In this document: piece after piece, positions 22,726 through 31,587 of the stretch
Layout: each line of letters begins with the position of its first letter
Position numbering within the stretch: the stretch's first letter is position 1
Assembly: GCA_963832745.1 (NCBI GenBank)
Contig: CAWHVC010000004.1
Location: 96,001 to 160,000 of the forward strand
DNA length: 64,000 bases
Source of the DNA: Candidatus Bathyarchaeota archaeon
GTDB lineage: Archaea; Thermoproteota; Bathyarchaeia; Bathyarchaeales; Bathycorpusculaceae
Direction of reading: 5' to 3'
Position numbers and translations under genes: made by a program
Notes under the pieces: model-generated
The model's database searches: none
What the model saw: only the letters and a program-made list of their open reading frames with translations
Told to the model about the DNA's origin: nothing

Positions 22726-23500
22726 GCTTCTCTATTACCCCCAGTAAGTCCATCACAAAGGGATGCTGCCCTTTTTCGATAGATAAGATACAGGTGCGTT
22801 TTGTTTGAAGAACATCACAGTAACAGGGAACTGCACCTATAACCGGTCGCTTGAAGGTTGACTGTGCTTGGGTTATCGCATCTGTTTTCCAATCACTTGG
22901 TAAATCAATGGCTGAAGGAAAAACTTTGTTGAGCAATATGACAGCTTTCTTTTCTATCGCATCATAAAGATCAACTAGGAGACTTTTAGTGCCTTGAGTG
23001 TCCAATGAATCAAGCGTTGTAACAATTATTGATAAATCTGAACTTATTGCAGCATTCACCGATGTATACTGGAAACCGGGACTGGTATCCAATATGCAAT
23101 AATCAACATTCATTTCATTGAATAATTGCGACCGTAGAGCGAGAAGTCTTTTAACTGCTGAAACTTCCCAAGCTCGACTCTTCTCAGTAATACTGCGAAT
23201 AGCCCCACCGTCAGGGTCTGAAAAACCAACCAATAATCTGCCACTTAATTTATACCTCGAGGACAAATCGACCGTTGCAACCTCAGCAGGACATCGACCG
23301 TCAAAATAAGAATTCAAGTAACAATCAATAGGTAACGCTTCCCCCCGTGAAAACACGCCTGCTAAACTTGGCGCTCTAAAATCAAGGTCAAGAAGTGCAA
23401 CATTCAAGCCTTTTTTTGCCATCAATGCAGCTAGATTTGTTGACAGAAGTGTTTTACCTGTCCCGCCCCTAGAAGAGTGAATCGAGATACACTTGCCCAT
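22709..23500 (-). CDS. MinD/ParA-family ATPase
   Basis: Deviant Walker A RGGTGKT, LLDLD, ILDTSPG, LLNKV. Confidence 0.9.
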   Translation of the reverse strand: MGKCISIHSSRGGTGKTLLSTNLAALMAKKGLNVALLDLDFRAPSLAGVFSRGEALPIDCYLNSYFDGRCPAEVATVDLSSRYKLSGRLLVGFSDPDGGAIRSITEKSRAWEVSAVKRLLALRSQLFNEMNVDYCILDTSPGFQYTSVNAAISSDLSIIVTTLDSLDTQGTKSLLVDLYDAIEKKAVILLNKVFPSAIDLPSDWKTDAITQAQSTFKRPVIGAVPCYCDVLQTKRTCILSIEKGQHPFVMDLLGVIEKLDAHI

Positions 23501-23502
23501 TA

Positions 23503-23934
23503 TTATTCCTCCTTGGATGCTTCAATGTAAAAATAAACTTCATGACCAACTCTTTTTTTCTTAAAAAAACCCAGACGGGCAAGCTCATTTGCAGCGGCGC
23601 TTTCTACAGCACGCATTCTGTTAGTTTCTTTCGCTAAATCATCAGCCGTAGCCTGCTCAAGCTTGTACAAAACCAACGCTGTTTTTCTTAGAGCCGCAGG
23701 TAATGACAGAAGCGCCATTGAATCAGGCTGGATTTCTATTTTTCCTTTTTTCCCTTGTAATCCAGTGGGCATTCTTTGCAAGATGGTCTCATTAATTTCT
23801 AGAATTCGTTCATTTATTTTTATTAATTTGTTTAATCTATCGTTAATCTGGTTAAGTACACTCACTGTTTGAAAAAGTGGTTGTTCCGACGTTTGTTCTG
23901 AACTCGAATCTTTTGTTTCAGGTGTGATTTCCAT
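23503..23934 (-). CDS. Coiled-coil plus winged-HTH transcriptional regulator
   Basis: N-terminal heptads; ATADDLAKETNRMRAVES...NELARLGF..KKRVGHEVYF wHTH. Confidence 0.75.
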   Translation of the reverse strand: MEITPETKDSSSEQTSEQPLFQTVSVLNQINDRLNKLIKINERILEINETILQRMPTGLQGKKGKIEIQPDSMALLSLPAALRKTALVLYKLEQATADDLAKETNRMRAVESAAANELARLGFFKKKRVGHEVYFYIEASKEE

Positions 23935-23955
23935 GTGTCAATACTCCAGATATGA

Positions 23956-23983
23956 GTGTATTTCTGTATATGCAAAAATACAC
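23956..23983. promoter_or_regulatory. 28-bp imperfect palindrome (operator candidate) in the divergent promoter
   Basis: GTGTATTTCTGTAT-ATGCAAAAATACAC, 12 of 14 arm positions complementary, immediately followed by TTTTAAA. Confidence 0.6.
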
Positions 23984-24048
23984 TTTTAAATTTTGCCTTT
24001 CTCTGGAAAAGCTAAAAAACAATTACACAACAATGGATAACAGAGAAT

Positions 24049-25035
24049 ATGAACGCTCGCGAGCAACTTCAAAACATTCTTGAAACTTATGGCGCACACA
24101 ATGCATATCAGGCAACAAAAACCCTAACAACCTTAGACGTTCAAGAAAATCTCAAACCAATTTTTAATTACATATCAAAAACATGGCGCGACCCTTTAAC
24201 ACCGGCAATGATGAATCTATCCTGTAAAGTTGTTGGTGGCGAACCTGAAGAAACTCAAAAATACGCAATAGCTGTAAGCCTGCTAAACCTGAGCATGAGA
24301 ACCTGGGATGACGTTATAGACAAAACAACCGTAAGAAGCCTTAAAAAAACCACAGTTGGGGAAATCGGAGAGAAAAACTCCATCATCATTGGCGGGTTAA
24401 TATCTGCTAAAGCATTTCTTACCCTAAACCAAACAAGAATAAACTTAAAAAAAGAAGAAGCAATAGCAAAAATCTTATGGACCTATTTATCCACGATGTC
24501 AGAAGCCGAGATTATTGACAATGGCATTAAACCAGAATTTTATTTACCAAAAAATAAACTGCAAAAAATCAAGACTGAAGCAATAGGCTTAGAAACATGC
24601 CTTAGCATCGGAGGCATTGTTGGCAATGGCTCTGAAGAAGAAATAAACGCTTTAGGGAACTATGGTAGAATTCTTGGAACACTACTTGAATTATGGAAGG
24701 ATCTGCTAGTTTCTTTAAACCTGACAATGGAATTAGAACAAAAAATCCGGAACAAAAAATTGCCCTATTTTATCTTAAGAACCAAAAAATACAGTCTTGA
24801 AACACGAGAACTGCTCAAAAAAATGTCAAAAAACGATATTGAAGGCCAGGATATAGGAATCTTGGTTGAAAATGTTCTAAAGAATAACACAAAAATAATT
24901 AAAACTAAAGTTGAATCATTAACAACCCGTGGAATAAATCTCCTTGAACCATTTAGAGGCTGTGAAGAAAAAGAGAATCTGAAAAAAATTCTAAGCATTC
25001 AACCAAAAATATTTGATGAATGCTTAAACGGTTGA
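24049..25035 (+). CDS. Polyprenyl-synthetase-fold (class I isoprenoid synthase) protein with degenerate second aspartate motif; candidate ComQ-like peptide prenyltransferase
   Basis: FARM WDDVID intact; RRG loop is RSL; SARM position reads ELWKDLLV instead of QxxDDxxD. Confidence 0.8.
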   Translation: MNAREQLQNILETYGAHNAYQATKTLTTLDVQENLKPIFNYISKTWRDPLTPAMMNLSCKVVGGEPEETQKYAIAVSLLNLSMRTWDDVIDKTTVRSLKKTTVGEIGEKNSIIIGGLISAKAFLTLNQTRINLKKEEAIAKILWTYLSTMSEAEIIDNGIKPEFYLPKNKLQKIKTEAIGLETCLSIGGIVGNGSEEEINALGNYGRILGTLLELWKDLLVSLNLTMELEQKIRNKKLPYFILRTKKYSLETRELLKKMSKNDIEGQDIGILVENVLKNNTKIIKTKVESLTTRGINLLEPFRGCEEKENLKKILSIQPKIFDECLNG

Positions 25036-25043
25036 AATTTCTG

Positions 25044-25262
25044 TTAATATTCCTCAGGCCATTTTTGAGGACTTACCGACATAATGACGGAAACAACTGA
25101 GCTTATGTGAGCGCTGGGTATTTTGGCTTTTCTGCAAACTTTAACTAACGAATTTTTGTCGTTTTTGTTTACTGCAGCTTGAATTTCGCTTGAAAACTCT
25201 GGCTTCGATAATGTTTGAAGACTACTGGCAACGCCACTTATTTTTGTATTTAAATTTATCAT
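25044..25262 (-). CDS. 72-aa peptide, candidate precursor (helical leader plus C-terminal QKWPEEY)
   Basis: ORF converges on the prenyltransferase with an 8-bp gap; single Trp is 5th from the C-terminus. Confidence 0.7.
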   Translation of the reverse strand: MINLNTKISGVASSLQTLSKPEFSSEIQAAVNKNDKNSLVKVCRKAKIPSAHISSVVSVIMSVSPQKWPEEY

Positions 25263-25356
25263 TTAAACCCACCATATTTTAAATCATTTGATTCTGTTTT
25301 TAAGCTTTCTTAACAATTTAAAATACTTTAAATGCTCTTAGACGCTATCTCTAAAG

Positions 25357-26583
25357 ATGTGCCATAACATGCTTGGCCTTCCTGAAATTAGGACAAAAAT
25401 GAAGTTTTTTAACAGCAATTTTCTTGTAAACGTTTTCTTGTTCGCAAGCTTCTTCAGCTTTTATTACATTTTTTCACTCCATGTTATCCCTCAAGTTTTT
25501 GCAGCAAGCATTAGTTTGCCATTACAAGCTCTGTTTAGCTTTACCATAATTATTGCTTTACTTATGATTAGTCATTCTTTAATAAAAGCCAGCGAAAAAG
25601 AGCGCATAATAATTCCTTGTTTAAGCATTTCTATCTCCCTTTTAGGTTTATTTACTATTCCATTATTTGCCGTAAAATTGGCTTGTGTTTTGGTTATAGG
25701 TGTTGCATTTGCGGTGGGGCAACTTTCGGCTTATACATATTTTTGGCGTACGACTAAAGCTGAAGAAAGGGGGCGTGTGGGTGGACTAATCAGTTTCATA
25801 GGCTTGCCGATTTACTTTGTTGCCAGTAATCTTTTGGCTGCTAACTTTGGTCTTATTGAAAAAATTACTCTTTGTTTGTTTCTTTGCGGCTTAGCAGTTG
25901 TCTCTATTTCCTTCACAAAACCCCTGATTCTTCAGGAGAATAAAAATAAAGGTGGATACTATCCTGAGAAGCGAACAATCCTCTTATACTCAATCCCCTG
26001 GATCATTTTTACGTTCGTAAACGCCACCTTTGCTAAAAACATTTCTGAAATAACTTCAACACTAATTCTGCCCTCATTGTATAACCAGCTAATACTTATC
26101 CAAACATTTGCAGCATTAATAGGCGCTTTAAGCGGCGGGTTCATAGCTGATTATTTTGGAAGAAGGTTGACTTTGGTCTTAAGTGTCACATTATATGGCG
26201 TGAGCATGACATTACATGGAATTACCAGTAGTGAAGTTTTAAACTTTTTTGGATTTGCCGCTGAGGGTTTAAGCTGGGGCATTATTCTGACATTATTCGT
26301 GTTTGTGATTTGGGGTGATCTCGCCAATAAGGTAAATTGTTCAAGAATCTTTGCAGTCGGGTTATCAATTTTTTATTTTTTTACCGGTATTGGAATTTCA
26401 AACTTCTTTGTTATTGATTCATTAACAACTAATACGCTAATTAGTTGTTTGCTTATCTTTTTATCAAATATTCCGATTGTGCTTGCTCCCGAATTATTGC
26501 CTTCTGACACAAAAGAGAAAATGAGACTAAAAAAATACATGAAAAACGTAAAACAAATCGTTAAAGACACAGAAAAAAAATAG
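25357..26583 (+). CDS. MFS-type transporter
   Basis: About 12 TMs; GFIADYFGRR motif A; EERGRVGG. Confidence 0.8.
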   Translation: MCHNMLGLPEIRTKMKFFNSNFLVNVFLFASFFSFYYIFSLHVIPQVFAASISLPLQALFSFTIIIALLMISHSLIKASEKERIIIPCLSISISLLGLFTIPLFAVKLACVLVIGVAFAVGQLSAYTYFWRTTKAEERGRVGGLISFIGLPIYFVASNLLAANFGLIEKITLCLFLCGLAVVSISFTKPLILQENKNKGGYYPEKRTILLYSIPWIIFTFVNATFAKNISEITSTLILPSLYNQLILIQTFAALIGALSGGFIADYFGRRLTLVLSVTLYGVSMTLHGITSSEVLNFFGFAAEGLSWGIILTLFVFVIWGDLANKVNCSRIFAVGLSIFYFFTGIGISNFFVIDSLTTNTLISCLLIFLSNIPIVLAPELLPSDTKEKMRLKKYMKNVKQIVKDTEKK

Positions 26584-26591
26584 TTGACTTA

Positions 26592-27515
26592 CTATTTCAG
26601 CCTGAACAGGGAAACCTGCTTGATACTTTCCAGTCTACATATCCATTGCAAAGCACGTTCTACGCCCAAAGCAAAACCTGCCTGAGGTACACTACCAAAC
26701 CTTCTCAGATCCAAGTACCACTTTTGAGCTTCAGGGCTAATCTCAAGCTCTTTCAACTTATTTATTACGACATTTTTTTGTCTTAACATTTCTCCGCCGC
26801 TGGCAATTTCACCATAACCACCCGGAGCTATTAGGTCACAAGACAAGGTTAATTCTGGTTTGCGAAAAACAGGTTTATGAAAATAGTTTTCGCCATTTAG
26901 TGGAAACTCGGTGATGAAAAAAGGTTTTGTAAACGTCTTGCTAAGTTCACTTTCTTGAGACCAATCAATAGTCTCGCCCCAGAAAACCTTGAATCCTAAT
27001 TTTTGCAGTCTATTAATTGCTTCATCATATGTTAATCGACAAAAGGGTGGCTTAACTAGTTTTAACGTTTCAACCAAACTAGAGCCATTTAAAAATAATA
27101 ACTCTTCTGAAACATCTTCCAATAACTTGGAACATACAAAAGAAATCATTTTCTCCTGAAAATCCATAATTTTTTCAAAAGTAAAATTTAACGCAGACAC
27201 TTCCACTCGCCAAAACTCAATCAAGTGCCTATCCGTGTCATGTTCCGGTCGAAAAGTTGGTGATACAGTATAAATTTTATTAAACATCTCAAGGAAGCGG
27301 TCTGAGTAGGGCTGTAACCTTCCACTTAAATCCATTTTTCTATTTCCATAAGAAACCTCAAAACTAGCCTTTCCCTCAATAATTGGCACTAACAAGGGCG
27401 CTTGAACTTCTGTGAATTCTTGAGCTCCTAACCAGAATCTTGTAGATTCTAACATTTTTGCTCTTACTTTCAAAATTGCTCGATAGCGCTTCACGTCAGC
27501 GTAATCCAGTGTCAT
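26592..27515 (-). CDS. Asparaginyl-tRNA-synthetase paralog lacking the OB-fold anticodon domain (AsnRS2/EpmA-like class II ligase)
   Basis: Motif 1 FTEVQAP, motif 2 FRPE..RHLIEF, motif 3 GFALGVER; only 307 aa. Confidence 0.85.
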   Translation of the reverse strand: MTLDYADVKRYRAILKVRAKMLESTRFWLGAQEFTEVQAPLLVPIIEGKASFEVSYGNRKMDLSGRLQPYSDRFLEMFNKIYTVSPTFRPEHDTDRHLIEFWRVEVSALNFTFEKIMDFQEKMISFVCSKLLEDVSEELLFLNGSSLVETLKLVKPPFCRLTYDEAINRLQKLGFKVFWGETIDWSQESELSKTFTKPFFITEFPLNGENYFHKPVFRKPELTLSCDLIAPGGYGEIASGGEMLRQKNVVINKLKELEISPEAQKWYLDLRRFGSVPQAGFALGVERALQWICRLESIKQVSLFRLK

Positions 27516-27622
27516 AAATAACTGTTGTCAAAAATCGTTTTTAAGTATTAACAAAAATAAAAATTGAACATTAAAAAAATTTAAATTCTTAAAGTTGTAA
27601 TTGCAAATAAGGGCTCGATTGA

Positions 27623-27793
27623 TTGGTCACCTGTCCTAATTGTGGAAAAGCCATTGAAAAACCAGAGAAAATAGTGAGCAACTCGTTTTTTGTTATTGCC
27701 GTTTATTCATGTGACCGCTGTGGAAACAAGTTTAAGGTATCCGTTAAATTCTTTTTTGTAAATTATCACTTGGTTTTCAAGTTCAATAACTGA
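27623..27793 (+). CDS. Small Zn-ribbon protein (CPxCG...CxxCG)
   Basis: Manual translation MVTCPNCGKAIEKPEKIVSNSFFVIAVYSCDRCGNKFKVSV...; not in ORF track; 3' end may be extended by an indel. Confidence 0.7.
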   Translation: MVTCPNCGKAIEKPEKIVSNSFFVIAVYSCDRCGNKFKVSVKFFFVNYHLVFKFNN

Positions 27794-27979
27794 CAACCCA
27801 AAATTTTTTGTGATCGAGTTTATTTTTCTTCGAAATTCCTCATCCATGTTTGCATATATTTTGATTTTAAATCCTTCATTGACTGAATCATCGGAGCCAA
27901 ATATTGAAAATATCTCAGGAAGAACATCCGAGCGCAACAAAATCTCTTTTAGACAAGTTACGGCTTCGTTTCTCTTCAT
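27707..27979 (-). CDS. Small hypothetical protein
   Basis: ATG-started 90-aa ORF with globular composition; tail overlaps the Zn-ribbon ORF. Confidence 0.6.
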   Translation of the reverse strand: MKRNEAVTCLKEILLRSDVLPEIFSIFGSDDSVNEGFKIKIYANMDEEFRRKINSITKNFGLSVIELENQVIIYKKEFNGYLKLVSTAVT

Positions 27980-28170
27980 TCAATTTTTCACATACCACGC
28001 TTTTGGTTCTTTAGCTTTTAAAATTTAGTAACAAAATTAACTATTAAAAAAAATATAACTTGCCTTTTGTTGACTGCAAAATTAGGCTAATCGAGCTACC
28101 GCATCCCGTGGAAACTGGGAATGAGCAGATTTATCTGGAAGTGTGTATACATTATGTATGTGTGGACTGC

Positions 28171-28398
28171 ATGGCAAGACAAATTTCAGTCTCAAACGAA
28201 GTCTATGAACTCCTTTTGGAACGAAAAGGCAAAAAAAGCTTTTCACAGGTAATTAAAGAAAACCTTTGCATCAAAGAGGAAAAAGTTGACATCATGAGTC
28301 TAGCAGGCATCTTAAAAGATGACAAGGAAGAGCTTGAACGATTAAAGCAGCAAATAGCCGCTGAAAGAGAGGCAAATTACGGAAGGACATTTGAGTGA
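28171..28398 (+). CDS. vapB: Antitoxin, VapB-like (archaeal)
   Basis: MARQISVSNEVYELL...KSFSQVI; overlaps downstream PIN gene (GTGA). Confidence 0.85.
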   Translation: MARQISVSNEVYELLLERKGKKSFSQVIKENLCIKEEKVDIMSLAGILKDDKEELERLKQQIAAEREANYGRTFE

Positions 28399-28770
28399 CT
28401 TTTCTTGATACAAGCGTCATAATAGATTTCTTGGCAGGAGACCAAAAAATTGTTGCATTAATACAAGAAATCTTAAAAAAAGAAGAGGTGAAAACCACAA
28501 CAATAACCGAGTACGAGCTGCTTAGGCATAAGACTAAAATAAAAAAACAAGCAGCTCAACGATTCCTCTCCGGAGCAACCGTCTGCTCTTTCGACCGAAC
28601 TGCCGCCCAAAAAGCTGCTGCTCTTTTTGAAGAACTCAGAGAAGCTGGAAAAATGATTAACGAAAACAGATTTGCTTATTGCAGGCATTTCCCTTGCTCA
28701 CGATGAGGTTTTACTAACAAGAGACCAAAAACTATCCAATGTTAACAAAGATAACATAAAAATGGTCTAA
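28395..28770 (+). CDS. vapC: VapC PIN-domain toxin, frameshift ~28668
   Basis: FLDTSVIID, ITEYEL; shifted frame gives DLLIAGISLAHDEVLLTRD. Confidence 0.88.
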
Positions 28771-28845
28771 TAATAATGTGCGCGGTTTGGCCGCTGGTGT
28801 GTTGGTCTACTATTTACTGAATCCCTGAAAAGCTCTATTGCGTTT

Positions 28846-29142
28846 TTAGTCTTTGCATTCTGCAATCTCTTGAGAGTTTTCCAACTCTTCCATAGATCTA
28901 GAGATTGTTACAACGTGCCCGACTGCTTGAACCATGCTAACTGGAATGCATATTGTGGAACTTCTAAATCGCTTCTTCATTCCAAAACTTTCAGCAGCAT
29001 CACCCGTAAGCTTAACGTTCAAGAATTTTATAACCCAAGTTTCGGCGTCAATTTTCGCGCCCTTTACTTCCCCAATAATACTTGCCCCAGAAGTTACTAC
29101 CTCTAAACCAATAATTTCTTCAAAATTTATCACATAAAACAC
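28846..29142 (-). CDS. PRC-barrel domain protein
   Basis: IIGLEVVTSGASIIGEV..ID..TW...IPVSMVQAVGHVV pattern. Confidence 0.85.
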   Translation of the reverse strand: MFYVINFEEIIGLEVVTSGASIIGEVKGAKIDAETWVIKFLNVKLTGDAAESFGMKKRFRSSTICIPVSMVQAVGHVVTISRSMEELENSQEIAECKD

Positions 29143-29250
29143 CTACATATAGATATGATTCGATTCAAAATATATTGTTTACCATTTTAGCACCAGTTAA
29201 CGGCGTAAATCAGCACTATTTTACTAAACGGATTAAAAGCTGAAGACAGC

Positions 29251-29361
29251 GTCCCCTGTATTCCTTGAGATAGAAAGAGGATTTAGAGGTCAAAGCGCTA
29301 CACTGATTCTTCAGAGTCTATGGGTAAATTATCCGAAGGTCAAGAGGAGTTAGGAACGATG
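29251..29361 (+). repeat. Diverged 111-bp direct repeat, copy 1 (copy 2 at 30166-30276)
   Basis: Nearly ungapped alignment GTCCC...AGATAGA...ATTTAG...TGGGT.AATT...GGAGT..GGA.CGATG. Confidence 0.55.
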
Positions 29362-29539
29362 AGAATTAGACGGGTGAGCTTGGTGTGTTGGTTGTAACCC
29401 GCCTTTGAGATTAGTAAATTACCTTCCTCACTCATCAAAAATCCCTATATTAGTTCTTACTGTTCTCTCTAGTTATAAGCTTTAATCACATTTGCTCACG
29501 AGTAATTAACCCTTAAAAAAGAAACGCATGGAGATTGGT

Positions 29540-29948
29540 TTACTCCCATACTGGGTCGGCTGCTGTATAGGTTACGCGCACTGAATCACTGGGAAATTCA
29601 ATGGCGATATTGATGTTTTTTGAGTTTTCTGCTGCAATGTCACCAAAAGAGATTATTTCTGTTTTTAGTGCCTGTTGATTGTCTGCGTTAAAGAACGTAA
29701 TTTCCACACTTACGTTTTTTGCATCTTTTTGTCCAAGGTTTTCTGCGGTGCCTTCCAACTGATAGGCTCCAGTTTGCATGTCATATCCGCCGCCAAAAGA
29801 TGTAGCAATTGAAGCGTCTAAGATTTGAGGGGTCTCTGTAGGGTTAAATACTGCTCCAAGCATTCCTGAAATTAAGGCTACACCAACAACCGATACAACA
29901 ATAACTGCAGAAACAACCGCAAGCAATAATTATATGTGATTTTTGCAT
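29540..29948 (-). CDS. Membrane-anchored FxLYD/Ig-like domain protein
   Basis: N-terminal TM then LEGTAENLG...V.V.ITFFN; ATG 29948 is out of frame by one base with ORF 29540-29926. Confidence 0.65.
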
Positions 29949-30165
29949 AAATCATAGCAGCCATATTCTCCACCTAATAAGCTTTTAAGCGTTAAAAGGA
30001 TAATATCATGGATTCTTTGAATTTTTTTAATTGCTCTTACTTTTTTGTATTAAAAAAATAAAGCATTCATTTGTTTATTTTAAAAGTAGCAAATCATTTT
30101 ACAAAAAATAGTTTTATCAAGAGGAGACGCCATTTTGGCAAGTGTTTTCACTACTTGAAGTTTAA

Positions 30166-30276
30166 GTCCCTTTGTTCCCTAAGATAGAGAAGGAAATTTA
30201 GGTGTTAAAATGTGTGGTTCTTTACTTAGAGACGGTGGGTGAATTGCCTGGGGGCAAGGGGGAGTCGGGAGCGATG
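30166..30276 (+). repeat. Diverged 111-bp direct repeat, copy 2
   Basis: Aligns with 29251-29361. Confidence 0.55.
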
Positions 30277-30439
30277 TGCGTTGCCTTGTCCAGATATTGG
30301 AAGTTGACATAGGTTATAGGTTCGCTATGATTCAAGGAATCATAATATTACCGGTTTATGAGGTTTGTAGATGGAGGATTACAGTCACACGTAGTTATAT
30401 TATCGTGCCCGTTAATTCAATTATAAGAGAGGAAATTTT

Positions 30440-30610
30440 ATGGTACACTGTCATGATATGAAATTAGGTCAGGTTTATTTCTGTGAAGAATGCGGACTCG
30501 AACTGAAAGTTGCTAAGAGCTGCACTGTGGACGGTAACCATCCAAAAGGAGTAACTTGTACTGTTTGCACTCATGTCTGCTGCGATAAAGACATGAAATT
30601 GAAAGCATAG
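30440..30610 (+). CDS. 56-aa Cys-rich desulforedoxin-like/metallothionein-like protein
   Basis: MVHCHDMKLGQVYFCEECGLELKV...CTVCTHVCCDKDMKLKA; GAGG upstream; missed by ORF track. Confidence 0.8.
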   Translation: MVHCHDMKLGQVYFCEECGLELKVAKSCTVDGNHPKGVTCTVCTHVCCDKDMKLKA

Positions 30611-30629
30611 TTAAGGATAGAAAAGAGTT

Positions 30630-31139
30630 ATGGAAGAAAAACTTGAAGCTAAAACAAAATATAAAGTTGATGGCTCCTTTGGAGATAGAATTAATTACTT
30701 TTTCAGCGACATAGGTCTTGCGCCTCTACAAGTGCCCATCACCATTCTTGAAAATTCTGAATATAGCCGCTTTATAGACAGACACTCAATGGCGTCTATG
30801 CGCTTTAGCGACAATGATTCGAAAGCAACGAGCCTTTGCGAGGAAACTGAACAAGACCGTAACAAAATTTATCTTAGAGAACTTGATGGCGCAATAGATT
30901 TGAGCGCAGCAATTCAGGGATTTCTACAGGCATATATTCCAAATTACGAAAAAGCATTGATAGATAGGGCAACAGATGTCTTTGTAAGTGCGTTTAGATG
31001 TTATGACAAACTGTATAGCGAAAAAGTACTTAGAGACTTTTTTGTTTCGATATGCAAACAAGACAGCAATCTCTTCAAACTAGCTCAACTTAAACGCAAT
31101 AGCCAAACAACTACAATTCCAACAACACATTCAACCTAA
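30630..31139 (+). CDS. Hypothetical protein
   Basis: 169-aa ATG ORF 19 bp downstream of the Cys-rich gene. Confidence 0.65.
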   Translation: MEEKLEAKTKYKVDGSFGDRINYFFSDIGLAPLQVPITILENSEYSRFIDRHSMASMRFSDNDSKATSLCEETEQDRNKIYLRELDGAIDLSAAIQGFLQAYIPNYEKALIDRATDVFVSAFRCYDKLYSEKVLRDFFVSICKQDSNLFKLAQLKRNSQTTTIPTTHST

Positions 31140-31587
31140 AACCACAGTCTCCTCCATATTTTCTAAAATAATCAAAACCGCGAACCAGATAGGGCTTGCG
31201 AAAGGGCGCAAGCGAAGTGCCATCGAGTAAGGCTTACGAATAGCGAGTAGCACTCTAAAAAAGCTGTAATTGGTAGCTAATGAAAAAAACCGCTTCTGGA
31301 CTTTAGAAAACGATATCTTAATTCTTAAATCCTAACAAGTTAAACTAACTCCAATTAAATTAAGCTGACCTATAGGCAAAACTGGTTTAAAAAAATATTT
31401 ACAGATGATTTTTCAGCTTCTTCCAAGTTCAAGTTATATTTGAATGAGCTAACAAGGTCAGTCAAATCAGAATATCGACATACAACCTATTGAGCCCTTT
31501 TTACGGAGGGAATAAATATTTGTAGTTGCTGAGTTAACTTCCTTGACAGTTCAATTCATTGATTGAATTAGTGGTTGACGCTATCTG

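Noticed and set aside
24049-25035. Housekeeping GGPP synthase
   Set aside because: Second DDxxD motif and RRG loop are absent and there are no mevalonate/lipid genes nearby.
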